DNA of 64,000 bases from Candidatus Omnitrophota bacterium (GCA_022703585.1 JAKLDJ010000001.1:118891-182890), one strand, 5' to 3'. Shown: positions 9,790 to 18,563, counted from the first letter of the stretch. Translations and numbers: made by a program. Notes: generated by a model not told the origin, from the sequence alone.

Positions 9790-10816
9790 AAGCCTGCTCC
9801 TTTTCTCGATGATAATCACTGTATATCTTGTTAATACGGCAGATCTCCAGGGGTTTTGCCTTCAAGTCGCCGTGTTCTAAGAATGCAAGGTCCGGCCTCC
9901 GGCATAGGCAGACGGTTTTATCCCTGCAATCATAGCAGCCGAAATCTTTCTCGGCAAGGCTGTGCAGCCAGTTTAATTTCGGAGAATTGCGCCAAATCTC
10001 GCGCAAATTCTGCTGCCGCAAATCCCCTACTTCTATACGTAATGTCACGGAAACATACACCTTGCCGTTCGAAGAAATATGGATAGAACTCCTGCCCCCG
10101 TCAAGGGTACGACCGCTGCGATACTTTTTATTTCGATTATTAAGGCCCCACGTCAGCAAACGCCGCTTAAAAGCTGATTTTAATTGTTCTTCCGTCGATC
10201 GTAAGCGAAGCGGGCCACGCTCTCCGGAAACCCCCGGCATAATAATAAAATCGGCAATAAAGTCGCATCCTTCTTCTTTTGCCATCTTCTTTATCGAGGT
10301 TAATTCGTGGAAATTATTATTAAACACTATGGTCGCAATAAGAACAGACATACCGTTGTCCCGGCAAAGCCGAATAGCCCTCATTGTCCTTTCAAAAGAA
10401 CCGGGAACCCGGGTAATCGACTCGTGGACTTGGGGACTTGCCCCATAAACACTAAAATGGACACTCAAGGGCTGAATCGCCTTTAACCGTTTGATGTTGT
10501 TTCTGCTAATCATCAGCCCGTTGGTTTTAATATCAAACCCAAACCCCATCTTTCTGGCAAACCTTAAGATATCCCATATGTCTTCACGCAAGAATACTTC
10601 CCCTCCGCTTAAAATGAGTCGTATGCACCCCTCCTCTTTTAGCTGGATAAGGATACCCTTGATTTCTTCAAGGGAGAGCTCATGAGCGCAATCGGTATTC
10701 CTAAGACAATGGATGCAATCTTCATTGCATCGGTTCGTCAGGTCTATCTGGGCATTCCAAAGAATACGCCTGTGCTGCATCCTTAGCCCCAGCTCCCGGA
10801 CATCTCGTAAACGCAT
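9767..10816 (-). CDS. radical SAM/SPASM domain peptide-modifying enzyme (PqqE-like maturase)
   Basis: CxxxCxxC radical-SAM cluster motif (CNEDCIHC) about 25 aa from the N-terminus. The C-terminal Cys-rich SPASM region reads GCYDCRDKTVCLCRRP. Confidence 0.85.
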   Translation of the reverse strand: MRLRDVRELGLRMQHRRILWNAQIDLTNRCNEDCIHCLRNTDCAHELSLEEIKGILIQLKEEGCIRLILSGGEVFLREDIWDILRFARKMGFGFDIKTNGLMISRNNIKRLKAIQPLSVHFSVYGASPQVHESITRVPGSFERTMRAIRLCRDNGMSVLIATIVFNNNFHELTSIKKMAKEEGCDFIADFIIMPGVSGERGPLRLRSTEEQLKSAFKRRLLTWGLNNRNKKYRSGRTLDGGRSSIHISSNGKVYVSVTLRIEVGDLRQQNLREIWRNSPKLNWLHSLAEKDFGCYDCRDKTVCLCRRPDLAFLEHGDLKAKPLEICRINKIYSDYHREKEQAYARARQG

Positions 10817-10818
10817 CT

Positions 10819-12078
10819 TTACGCCGACACCTTTCTTAAGATTCCTGCCCCCTCCAACATAAACATAAAATCATCAACATCTCTCGACACCGTATCGCTG
10901 GAGATATCATACAAGGAAGAAACCTCCGCCTTGGCCTTCTCTAAATCTTGCGTTTCAAGCAGGGCTTGCCAGATTCTTGTCCCTGTGCTGTTGAGGACAA
11001 CGGTGCGAAAATCCTCGCCGACAATCACCTTGATCCGATCTCTGTTTAGAAACCAGGTTACCGGAGAATTGGTAAGCCAATACGACCCGTTATGCCGGAT
11101 AGAGGCTTGTCTTCCGGCAAATTTATTTGACGGAACCCTGCAGGCTTTGTTATTTTTTGTGCCGTAAAAAAATCCTCTTAGCCTCGTCCATGCCCAGCCC
11201 GAAGAATACGCTACCGCTTTTAGAAAGTCTACCAAGGAGAAGATCGCCTCCGCTTTCCTCATCCCCCTTAATACACTGCGGACATTCCAGAGCACAATCG
11301 ATGAGATCTGTCCGACAATGACAGCAAAACTGTCCCTGGAGGTATTCCCTTTAAGGGCATCAAAAAATCCCCAATATTTCCGATAAAGCGTGCAATCCGC
11401 TTTTCCGAATTCAAAATGGTGTTTGATAAATTCAGCCAAGGTCCCGATGTGTTGATGATAGACAACGGCTTTCGGCACAAATCTGATTTCATACCCGGCT
11501 AAAGAAACGCGCCACCCCATTTCCGTATCTTCGCTGGTCACCAAGTCCTCGTCGAAATAACCGATTTCATCCAATATGCTTTTGCGGCAAATGGCATTGG
11601 CCGTAATCACGCGCGGCAAATCTTCCTCGCAGAGACCCTCAATGCTGATTTGCTGAGAAAGAAGCGCCTTGGTTTGCGCATACCGCTCAAAAATAGTCTC
11701 CGGCCTGTGGTCCAGAATGTTTCCTCCGCAAAAAGCGATGCCGTCATCCGATAGAATTTCTTCGTATAGAATCGTAAGCCAATCAGCGGTGACGATACAA
11801 TCGGAATCAGTAAAAGCAATAAAAACGGCTTTTGCGTTCTTTATCCCGCAATTTCTCGCCCAAGCCCTTCCTCGATTGGGCTCAAAAAGATAGGTGACCG
11901 GATATCTTAAGATGATTTCTTTAGTGCGGTCAGTGGAATGATTATCGACAACGATAATTTCCCTATCCTGCTCCGGAAAATCCAATCGCATCAAGGAATC
12001 CAGGCACGCCGGAAGCTTTTCCTCGCCGTTATAGACCACCACAACAATAGAAACTTTTGGCTTGCTATCTGATGCCAT
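10819..12078 (-). CDS. family-2 glycosyltransferase fused to a C-terminal PqqD-like (RRE) domain
   Basis: The N-terminus is a GT2 fold (VSIVVVVYNGEEKLPACLDSLMRLDF ... IIVVDNHSTDRT ... FTDSDC). The C-terminal ~90 aa (WFLNRDRIKVIVGEDFRTVVLNSTGTRIWQALLETQDLEKAKAEVSSLYDISSDTVSRDVDDFMFMLEGAGILRK) has the PqqD/RiPP-recognition-element signature. Confidence 0.8.
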   Translation of the reverse strand: MASDSKPKVSIVVVVYNGEEKLPACLDSLMRLDFPEQDREIIVVDNHSTDRTKEIILRYPVTYLFEPNRGRAWARNCGIKNAKAVFIAFTDSDCIVTADWLTILYEEILSDDGIAFCGGNILDHRPETIFERYAQTKALLSQQISIEGLCEEDLPRVITANAICRKSILDEIGYFDEDLVTSEDTEMGWRVSLAGYEIRFVPKAVVYHQHIGTLAEFIKHHFEFGKADCTLYRKYWGFFDALKGNTSRDSFAVIVGQISSIVLWNVRSVLRGMRKAEAIFSLVDFLKAVAYSSGWAWTRLRGFFYGTKNNKACRVPSNKFAGRQASIRHNGSYWLTNSPVTWFLNRDRIKVIVGEDFRTVVLNSTGTRIWQALLETQDLEKAKAEVSSLYDISSDTVSRDVDDFMFMLEGAGILRKVSA

Positions 12079-12139
12079 CTCTCGACCCTTGCTTTAAAAA
12101 TACCTTTAAAACCGGTATTGATTGCAATCAGTAGTTCTT

Positions 12140-12424
12140 TTAAGCCTTTGAAACAATAAGGCCTTCCGTTTCCAGGTCTTTTATAAGGCTACGAATATCC
12201 TGGCTGGCTTTTTTGTAGTCAAGGCCATACTCCTCGCGGATCTTCTCAATAATTTGCTCACCGGTCTTGTTTTCATTTAAAAGCGACCAAGCGAAGGACC
12301 CTGTTTTGTTAAGGCTATAATACCGTCCGGAATCGAGATCGAGTATCACGACCTCTCCGTCGATAGTACGCCAGACTATTTTTTCAGTGTCGATACGGTA
12401 ACGCTTTGATTGTTTTTTATTCAT
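12140..12424 (-). CDS. PqqD family peptide-modification chaperone (RiPP recognition element)
   Basis: 94 aa (WRTIDGEVVILDLDSGRYYSLNKTGSFAWSLLNENKTGEQIIEKIREEYGLDYKKASQDIRSLIKDLETEGLI) is a typical stand-alone PqqD. It has no Shine-Dalgarno of its own; its ATG overlaps the stop of a 25-aa upstream ORF. Confidence 0.75.
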   Translation of the reverse strand: MNKKQSKRYRIDTEKIVWRTIDGEVVILDLDSGRYYSLNKTGSFAWSLLNENKTGEQIIEKIREEYGLDYKKASQDIRSLIKDLETEGLIVSKA

Positions 12425-12494
12425 GGGATGGAAAACGATATACGGCCGGTATTTGGGATCGCACGATAATATAGCCTCCGCGAAACAAATTCAT
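12417..12494 (-). CDS. 25-aa upstream ORF translationally coupled to pqqD-like gene; possible leader/precursor peptide
   Basis: The ORF is ATG(12494)...TAA(12417) and encodes MNLFRGGYIIVRSQIPAVYRFPSHE. Its stop overlaps the PqqD start in a CATGAATAA arrangement, which is classic translational coupling. Its own SD is weak, and a TTGACA box lies 21 nt upstream. Confidence 0.15.
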   Translation of the reverse strand: MNLFRGGYIIVRSQIPAVYRFPSHE

Positions 12495-12639
12495 TTTATC
12501 ATACCCTACTTTCATGTCAACAGACTAAAGCGCCCAAGAATAGAAAAAACTCGCCTCACAGCAGCGCATTCCGCCCGCCCATAAAAAAAGGGATTATATT
12601 TTCATATAATCCCCTTCAAGCAGATTGAGACAACTGCAG

Positions 12640-13122
12640 TTACTTAAGAGCCAGTTCCGGTTCCTTTTTGGTAATCGTCACTTCCGGATGTTTGGCAAGA
12701 TTGGTCTTCTTGACCGTCACCGTATGATAGTTGGTGTCATTCTTGTAATAATCAAGCCCGCGCTCGATATACTGTTCATCAATTTTCTTGGGCGCAAAGA
12801 ATTTTCTGCACATATCTCTGGCTGTCTGCGGGTCAAACGCCTTACAGCAGTAGACATCGACCGAAATATAATCCTTAGGCGTCAGCGTATGAATAACAAT
12901 CGAGCTTTCGATCAACGGTGCCCAGCCCGAGAGACCGGCTTTGTCCGGAAAACGTTTCTCGTCGCTGCGAAATATATTCGGCGGTGCCTGCTTTTCCATC
13001 CCCAGCTTATCAACCATCTCATCTAAGAACTGGTAACATAAGGTCAAGTCATCGCATGCACCGGTTTTGCAGCCGTAGAGATCCAACAAAAGCTGATAAC
13101 CAAATACTTCATTCTTCATCAT
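12640..13122 (-). CDS. speH: S-adenosylmethionine decarboxylase proenzyme, small pyruvoyl-dependent type
   Basis: Conserved motifs LDLYGC and the processing/active-site block SGWAPLIESSIVIHTLTPKDY (Glu-Ser-Ser self-cleavage site). The protein is 160 aa, with a C-terminal extension of about 30 aa relative to typical 125-aa SpeH. It is preferred over the antisense ORF 12625..13026. Confidence 0.7.
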   Translation of the reverse strand: MMKNEVFGYQLLLDLYGCKTGACDDLTLCYQFLDEMVDKLGMEKQAPPNIFRSDEKRFPDKAGLSGWAPLIESSIVIHTLTPKDYISVDVYCCKAFDPQTARDMCRKFFAPKKIDEQYIERGLDYYKNDTNYHTVTVKKTNLAKHPEVTITKKEPELALK

Positions 13123-13296
13123 AGTCGCGCTAATCGGAGTCCTCCTTGTTAATGATTAACTTAATTATTTTTATACTATATCTACAGAAGAATGCAAGGA
13201 AAAAATATATTTTTTATAATATTTTTTTAATTTATTTCCGGAGATTTTGAGTACACCGATGCCTTACCGGAAGAAAATAGAGCATTTTTGATGGAA

Positions 13297-13494
13297 TTAG
13301 CGAATGGATACGAGCAAAAAAACTAAAACAACAATAAATACAATAAAAAACCATACCACTTTCCGGTTTGCGTACCGAATCCGGCTTAAAAATCCGTTCC
13401 CGGCCCTCTCCAAGCTCTCTCCGCAGAAATGGCAAAGCAGGGCATCGTCATCGCTGATATAATTTCCGCAGGCAGGGCACTTGTATTCAGCCAT
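13297..13494 (-). CDS. small zinc-ribbon membrane protein
   Basis: 65 aa with CPACG...CHFCG (C4 zinc ribbon) followed by a C-terminal TM helix. There is a strong SD (AAGGAG) 6 nt upstream of the ATG. Confidence 0.5.
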   Translation of the reverse strand: MAEYKCPACGNYISDDDALLCHFCGESLERAGNGFLSRIRYANRKVVWFFIVFIVVLVFLLVSIR

Positions 13495-13685
13495 AAAACT
13501 CCTTATGATTTAAAATAAATGGTTTTCTTGTCGTTATTATTACATCTGCCATCGTATCCGTCAAAAATATTATTATTTTTTCGCTCTCTCTTGTTCCATA
13601 TTTCTATTTGCATTTTAAAAGAGAGTGATTTAATATGACTAGGCATCGGTAATAATTTCCTGGCACAAAATCGGAGAATGCACTC

Positions 13686-14471
13686 ATGGATACATATTCT
13701 ATTTTAAAGAAAGTACGAGCTCAAAAACCCCTCATCCATCATTTAACCAACTGGGTGACGATTTATGACTGCGCCAACATCGTTAAGGTTTTCGGCGCTT
13801 CCCCGGTAATGGCCCATGCCCCCGAAGAAGCCGCCGAAATGACACAGATGGCATCGTCGCTGGTACTGAATATCGGCACCTTAACCGTTGATTTTGTCGA
13901 AGCGATGAAATTATCGGTCAAGGCGGCCAATAAAAAAGGAATTCCGGTTATCCTGGATGTCTGCGGCGCCGGGGCAACACAATTACGAGATAAAAAATGT
14001 TTTGAACTGGTTGACAATTTCCGCATCGACATTATCAAAGGCAACACCTCGGAAATCGCGCGTATCGCCGGAGAAAAGATTCAGACCAAAGGCGTTGATT
14101 CCGCTGATGTTAAAAATAACTTGGCCGATCTGGCAAGAGGCCTTTCCCTTAAATATAAAAATACAGTCGTTATCACCGGCGAGAAGGACATTATTGCGGA
14201 TGGCAAAGGGCATTGTACCGTTAAAAACGGCCACGCCATGATGGGCCAAATTGTCGGGACAGGATGCATGGCCGCATCGGTTATCGGCACCTTCGCGGCG
14301 GTTGAAGACAATTTAAAGAAGGCAGCAATGGCAGCCCTGTGTTGTTTCGGTATTGCCGGAGAATTGGCCGCGAGAGAGGCAACCGGGCCCGGATCATTTA
14401 AAGAGCGGCTATTTGACGAAGTTTACAATTTAAACAAAGAGAAGATCCAAAAAATGCAGAAGGTTAGATGA
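13686..14471 (+). CDS. thiM: hydroxyethylthiazole kinase
   Basis: 261 aa with ThiM family motifs (LIHHLTNWVTIYDCANIVKVFGASPVMAHAPEE; VDIIKGNTSEIARIAG). Confidence 0.9.
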   Translation: MDTYSILKKVRAQKPLIHHLTNWVTIYDCANIVKVFGASPVMAHAPEEAAEMTQMASSLVLNIGTLTVDFVEAMKLSVKAANKKGIPVILDVCGAGATQLRDKKCFELVDNFRIDIIKGNTSEIARIAGEKIQTKGVDSADVKNNLADLARGLSLKYKNTVVITGEKDIIADGKGHCTVKNGHAMMGQIVGTGCMAASVIGTFAAVEDNLKKAAMAALCCFGIAGELAAREATGPGSFKERLFDEVYNLNKEKIQKMQKVR

Positions 14472-15073
14472 TACGCGGTTACTACTTTATTACCGACGAA
14501 AGGCTGAGCAAAAACGGCGTTACCAACGATGTCCGTAGCGCCGTCGCTGCCGGTGTTAAAATAATTCAATACCGCAATAAAATCGCCGATACCGCTACGA
14601 TGCTCAAAGAAGCATTCCTGCTTAAGAAAATTTGCAGAAATTCCGCTTTTATCGTTAACGACAGAATCGATATTGCCCTTGCCGTTAATGCCGATGGTGT
14701 CCACATCGGCATGGAAGATATGCCCTATACGGCCGCGCGAAAACTTCTTGGCAAGAACAAAATAATCGGCGTTACCGTCCACACCCTTACGGAGGCGATT
14801 ACGGCAGCAAAAAAAGGCGCTGACTATTTGGGAGTCAGCCCAATCTTTGCCACTGCCACAAAGAAAAACGCGGGGCCCCCCAGCGGAACAGCACTGATCA
14901 AATCCATAAAAAAGAATTGCGATATTTCGATTGTGGCTATAGGCGGGATTAATTTACAGAATGCACCGCAGGTTGTTGAAGCCGGAGCAGATGCCTTGTG
15001 TGCAATTTCAGCGGTTGTCACCAAAGGCAACGTTAAAAAAGAAATCAGGAAATTCCAGGAACTTTTTCGCTAA
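14468..15073 (+). CDS. thiE: thiamine-phosphate synthase
   Basis: 201 aa, TMP-synthase TIM barrel (GYYFITDERL...; IIQYRNK; YLGVSPIFATATK). A 4-nt ATGA overlap with thiM indicates an operon. Confidence 0.9.
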   Translation: MIRGYYFITDERLSKNGVTNDVRSAVAAGVKIIQYRNKIADTATMLKEAFLLKKICRNSAFIVNDRIDIALAVNADGVHIGMEDMPYTAARKLLGKNKIIGVTVHTLTEAITAAKKGADYLGVSPIFATATKKNAGPPSGTALIKSIKKNCDISIVAIGGINLQNAPQVVEAGADALCAISAVVTKGNVKKEIRKFQELFR

Positions 15074-15095
15074 CACCTAAGTTTACCGCAAAAAT

Positions 15096-15854
15096 TTATT
15101 TGGGTTCAGCCGCCTTCCCTCTCCCAAAGATCGCATGAAACGTTTCTCTTAAGATACCTCCCGTGCCTTTAATGACAGCAGCCGTATTCTTGGTTGTCTC
15201 ATCGAAAATCTTTGTACCGCCGGACAAAGCCGACGCCACCGGCTTCTGGATCGAATCGAGGTTAAATTTTATAAGATTCTTGATCGCCGTACCGGTAACC
15301 GCCTTCACGATAACGATACGTACGACAGAATGAATTCCGTCGAGATTACGAAATTCCTCATTCAGGTTAAGGTTGTACTCACGAATCACCGTGGGGGTTT
15401 TCGAATAATCCTTAAAAACGATCTTTGAGATCTTCAGCCGCAGGCGAGCGATAGCAAAGTGACGGGATGATTTTGATTCCGAAATTTTAAAGGCCTTCAA
15501 ATTCAAAACACCCTGTTTATTTCTGGCAATTAAGAATTCTTTTAACTCCACGCGCATATCCCGAATCTGAATTCTATCGCTTAAGACTGAACTCAAATTA
15601 TAATCGGCATAAACCGCCGGCGCATCAGCCAAAACAGAATCCTCAAATTCATCGGGATTAAATATTCTTAACCCCTTGATATCGATAAACTGTTTTGATA
15701 AAACGCCCAGGCGAAAATGCCCTATCTCGATATCAAGGCCGGTCGCTGTCTTAACCGCTTTTTCGACAAGGAATTTATAGATAAGATCTTGCGCAAAATC
15801 AACGGCAAGGAAAATACCTGCGAGAAAAATAATAATGGTAATTTTCTTAATCAC
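15096..15854 (-). CDS. membrane-anchored protein of unknown function; paralog of 548..1531
   Basis: 252 aa with an N-terminal TM helix; collinear similarity to 548..1531 along the whole length. Confidence 0.6.
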   Translation of the reverse strand: MIKKITIIIFLAGIFLAVDFAQDLIYKFLVEKAVKTATGLDIEIGHFRLGVLSKQFIDIKGLRIFNPDEFEDSVLADAPAVYADYNLSSVLSDRIQIRDMRVELKEFLIARNKQGVLNLKAFKISESKSSRHFAIARLRLKISKIVFKDYSKTPTVIREYNLNLNEEFRNLDGIHSVVRIVIVKAVTGTAIKNLIKFNLDSIQKPVASALSGGTKIFDETTKNTAAVIKGTGGILRETFHAIFGRGKAAEPK

Positions 15855-15970
15855 AATCTCTGTCTTTCCTAAAACATTTTAGCCTTTGCCAAAACACGGC
15901 TTTAACATAAAACAAGGGCATCTCTTTAGATAATGCCCCTCCTGCTTCATCTTATAATCTTTAAAAAGGT

Positions 15971-16903
15971 CTATCCTCTGTACTCAGCGAACAAATCAGT
16001 GCTGAGATAGCGCTCGCCCGTACTGGCAAGAATAACAACAATCATCTTACCTTTATTTTCGGGCCTTTTGGCCACCTGCAATGCCGCACAAACAGCCGCC
16101 CCCGAGGAGATTCCGGCTAAAATACCCTCCTCACGCATCAGCCTTTTGGCAAAAGTAAAAGACTCTTCATTATCTACTTGGATAATCTCATCGATTATTT
16201 TCGTGTCAAGAATGCCGGGGATAAACCCCGCGCCGATTCCCTGAATTTTGTGAGGACCGGGTTTTCCCCCGGAGAGAACCGGCGAACCTTTGGGCTCAAC
16301 GGCTATTGCCTTAAACGAAGCCTTTCTTTTCTTGAGAACCTCCGCTATCCCTGTAATCGTCCCGCCCGTTCCCACGCCGGCAATCAGAATATCGACTTTG
16401 CCATCGGTATCTTTCCAGATTTCCTCGGCGGTCGTTTTGCGATGAATCTCGGGATTGGCAGGATTCTCAAATTGTTGCAAGATAAGATACCGCTCGTCCT
16501 CTTTCGCCATCTCCGTCGCCCTGTTGACCGCGCCCCGCATCCCTTCTACGCCGGGTGTTAAGATAATCTCCGCACCAAAAGCCCTCAAAAGAGCCCGTCT
16601 TTCTAAGCTCATCGTTTCCGGCATCGTTAAAACCAATTTATACCCTTTAACTGCGCAGACAAAAGCCAAGGCAATACCCGTGTTGCCGGAAGTCGGCTCA
16701 AGCAAAACGGTGCCCTTCTTGATCCTGCCGTCTTTCTCTGCCGCTTCAATCATGCTTAGGCCGATACGGTCCTTGACCGAACCCGCGGGATTAAAGAATT
16801 CCAGCTTTGCCGCGACATCGGCAACGCAACCCTCGGTAAGCTTATTCAATCTTACCAAAGGAGTTTTACCGATCAGTTCGGTAATATTATTCGCAATATT
16901 CAT
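15971..16903 (-). CDS. cysK: cysteine synthase A (O-acetylserine sulfhydrylase)
   Basis: 310 aa with the PLP lysine motif ([10 protein letters not shown]), [10 protein letters not shown], and a [18 protein letters not shown] substrate loop. Confidence 0.92.
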   Translation of the reverse strand: MNIANNITELIGKTPLVRLNKLTEGCVADVAAKLEFFNPAGSVKDRIGLSMIEAAEKDGRIKKGTVLLEPTSGNTGIALAFVCAVKGYKLVLTMPETMSLERRALLRAFGAEIILTPGVEGMRGAVNRATEMAKEDERYLILQQFENPANPEIHRKTTAEEIWKDTDGKVDILIAGVGTGGTITGIAEVLKKRKASFKAIAVEPKGSPVLSGGKPGPHKIQGIGAGFIPGILDTKIIDEIIQVDNEESFTFAKRLMREEGILAGISSGAAVCAALQVAKRPENKGKMIVVILASTGERYLSTDLFAEYRG

Positions 16904-16995
16904 TTTTAAAAGGCCTCCATCCTATTAAAATCGTATACGATTAGAAATCTCAAATCGGCGTAATTTTACCCACAGAACATCTAATTAATAGATTG

Positions 16996-17024
16996 ATTAT
17001 AACACCCAGCCAAACTTTGTTCAA
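16996..17024 (-). promoter_or_regulatory. sigma70-like promoter (TTGAAC-17-TATAAT) for cysK
   Basis: The minus strand reads TTGAACaaagtttggctgggtgtTATAAT, about 90 nt upstream of the cysK ATG. A GGAGG Shine-Dalgarno lies 11 nt before the ATG. Confidence 0.5.
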
Positions 17025-17182
17025 CCCAGATTTTGCGCTACGTTTTTATTCTCGACGGGAATCGACAAATGGAAGAATACAACGCAAAATCTGCCTTCGG
17101 CCGCCTTTGGCGGGGCTGTGCAGAATCCGGGTTCAATCGGTAACGGGTGCACACCTTGGGTTTCTGAAGAATCGGATCACCC

Positions 17183-18496
17183 TTAGCTTTTCATTCTCTT
17201 GAATTCAACCATTGAATAAAAGTGCCCCCCGAGCATGATAGAGAAGATATCAAACGGCACCCGGTAACGGGGATCTCCGATAAATACCGCTGCGGTAATA
17301 ATGATAACCAGCAGGGCAAGGTAGGGAAGAACCTGGGGGCTGGTGACGATTCTTTTAAATTGAAAAAACAAAAGGGCAATTGCCGGCAAAATGACAAGGA
17401 CGACAAAAGCAATATTGAAATATTTAACCACCTTTGGCTGTATCCCCTCGAGCGCAGAGGTCGGCCAAATGACGGTGGAATAAAACAAATCGTAGATATT
17501 CTCAAGGGAATAGGCGATCGCCTTGGGGATATCTTTACGCACTTCTTTTAACCCCTCCTTAAAAAAGAATCCGGAGTCGTACGGCCCGGCATTGAAACGC
17601 TCGGTGCCGCTGTAGCCCTTTTGAGCAGCGACGGGGGATCCGTACCCGAAATAAGAATTCCGTTTAGCGTCACGAAATTCCACCATAGCCACGTGCGTTC
17701 TTCCGGTATAAAAGGTTGCGCCTCCGGTGGTGGCAATAATTCCAAATTTACCGGTTAAAGAAAATATTCGAAAGCATAAAAGAACAAACAGGGGAAGAAA
17801 ACCCAGCATACAGAAGAACGGGTTTGAGGCCAACTTATACTTTCTGAAGTTAAACAGCCACCAGATCCCGAATAGGGGAACAAAAAGAAGGATGCATTCT
17901 TTGAAAGAAGCGCTCAAGACAATAAAGAGGCCCGCAAGGAATGAATAAAGCCACTTTTGCTGCTGGCCTTTTGCAACAATACTTTTCAGGATAAAATAAA
18001 ACATGACGCTTAATCCTAAGATAAACGGTGTTTCGGACATCAGGTAGCCGCTGAAATCAATAAACAGGTAATTAGCACTCGAGATAATCAGGGCGATCCG
18101 GGCTGCTTTTTCGGTAAAGAGGATTTTGGTAGAAAGATAAATAAACAGGCAAGAGATAACCCCTGCCAGGATATTGAAGATTTTTATCCAAAAGAATGGT
18201 TGGGGCAGCCGGAAAAATGCCGAATAAAGGTAATGCGTCCCCGGAGGATGGAATGAATCAAAAATCCCTTCTTGAACACCTTTGGACAATTTAACCGCTT
18301 TATAGTGATAATCCCCCATATCACTATAAAGATACTTCTCGGGAGGGTGTATGAAAAAAACAAAAACGGTCCTTAAAATAAAGGCGCATAATAAAATTGC
18401 AAGAATCCCGGCAATCTTTGCCTTCCTATTATCCATTGTCATCAATGCATGTGCCTTCCCGCTGATTCGATATCCTTCTTGATATCTTACGGACAA
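17183..18496 (-). CDS. GT-C fold membrane glycosyltransferase-like protein (ArnT/PMT-like), putative
   Basis: 437 aa with about 11 predicted TM helices. It has an acidic DxxDY-like motif in the first external loop (YSDMGDYHYK) and an aromatic-rich periplasmic loop. The assignment is by topology and general resemblance only. Confidence 0.45.
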   Translation of the reverse strand: MSVRYQEGYRISGKAHALMTMDNRKAKIAGILAILLCAFILRTVFVFFIHPPEKYLYSDMGDYHYKAVKLSKGVQEGIFDSFHPPGTHYLYSAFFRLPQPFFWIKIFNILAGVISCLFIYLSTKILFTEKAARIALIISSANYLFIDFSGYLMSETPFILGLSVMFYFILKSIVAKGQQQKWLYSFLAGLFIVLSASFKECILLFVPLFGIWWLFNFRKYKLASNPFFCMLGFLPLFVLLCFRIFSLTGKFGIIATTGGATFYTGRTHVAMVEFRDAKRNSYFGYGSPVAAQKGYSGTERFNAGPYDSGFFFKEGLKEVRKDIPKAIAYSLENIYDLFYSTVIWPTSALEGIQPKVVKYFNIAFVVLVILPAIALLFFQFKRIVTSPQVLPYLALLVIIITAAVFIGDPRYRVPFDIFSIMLGGHFYSMVEFKRMKS

Positions 18497-18563
18497 AAAT
18501 TAAGATACGGTTATTTGGCGTTAGGGAGTGGCCAGCGGGCCCGCTAAAATCGTCGGATGATTC

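Noticed and set aside
8306-10448. Nested ORFs 8306..8506(+), 9152..9391(-), 9856..10086(+), 9987..10448(+) within the ABC ATPase, kinase and rSAM genes
   Set aside because: They are alternative frames of genes supported by strong catalytic motifs
12423-12584. 53-codon plus-strand ORF (MGWKTIYGRY…) in the pqqD-speH spacer
   Set aside because: It has no Shine-Dalgarno and runs antisense to the likely operon leader and promoter, so it is probably a chance ORF
12625-13026. 133-aa plus-strand ORF antisense to speH
   Set aside because: The minus-strand frame carries the conserved AdoMetDC proenzyme motifs; the plus-strand frame has none
13232-13435. 67-aa minus-strand ORF overlapping the zinc-ribbon ORF
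   Set aside because: It is out of frame with, and overlaps, the 13297..13494 ORF, which has a C4 zinc ribbon and a strong SD; only one can be real
13495-13685. TPP riboswitch upstream of thiM
   Set aside because: I looked for it because of the thiM-thiE context, but the conserved THI-box sequence elements are not present by eye; this needs a covariance-model scan to be sure
14423-14782. 119-aa ORF antisense to thiE
   Set aside because: It is nested antisense in a confidently identified thiE
16178-16928. Plus-strand ORFs 16178..16561 and 16455..16928
   Set aside because: They are antisense within cysK
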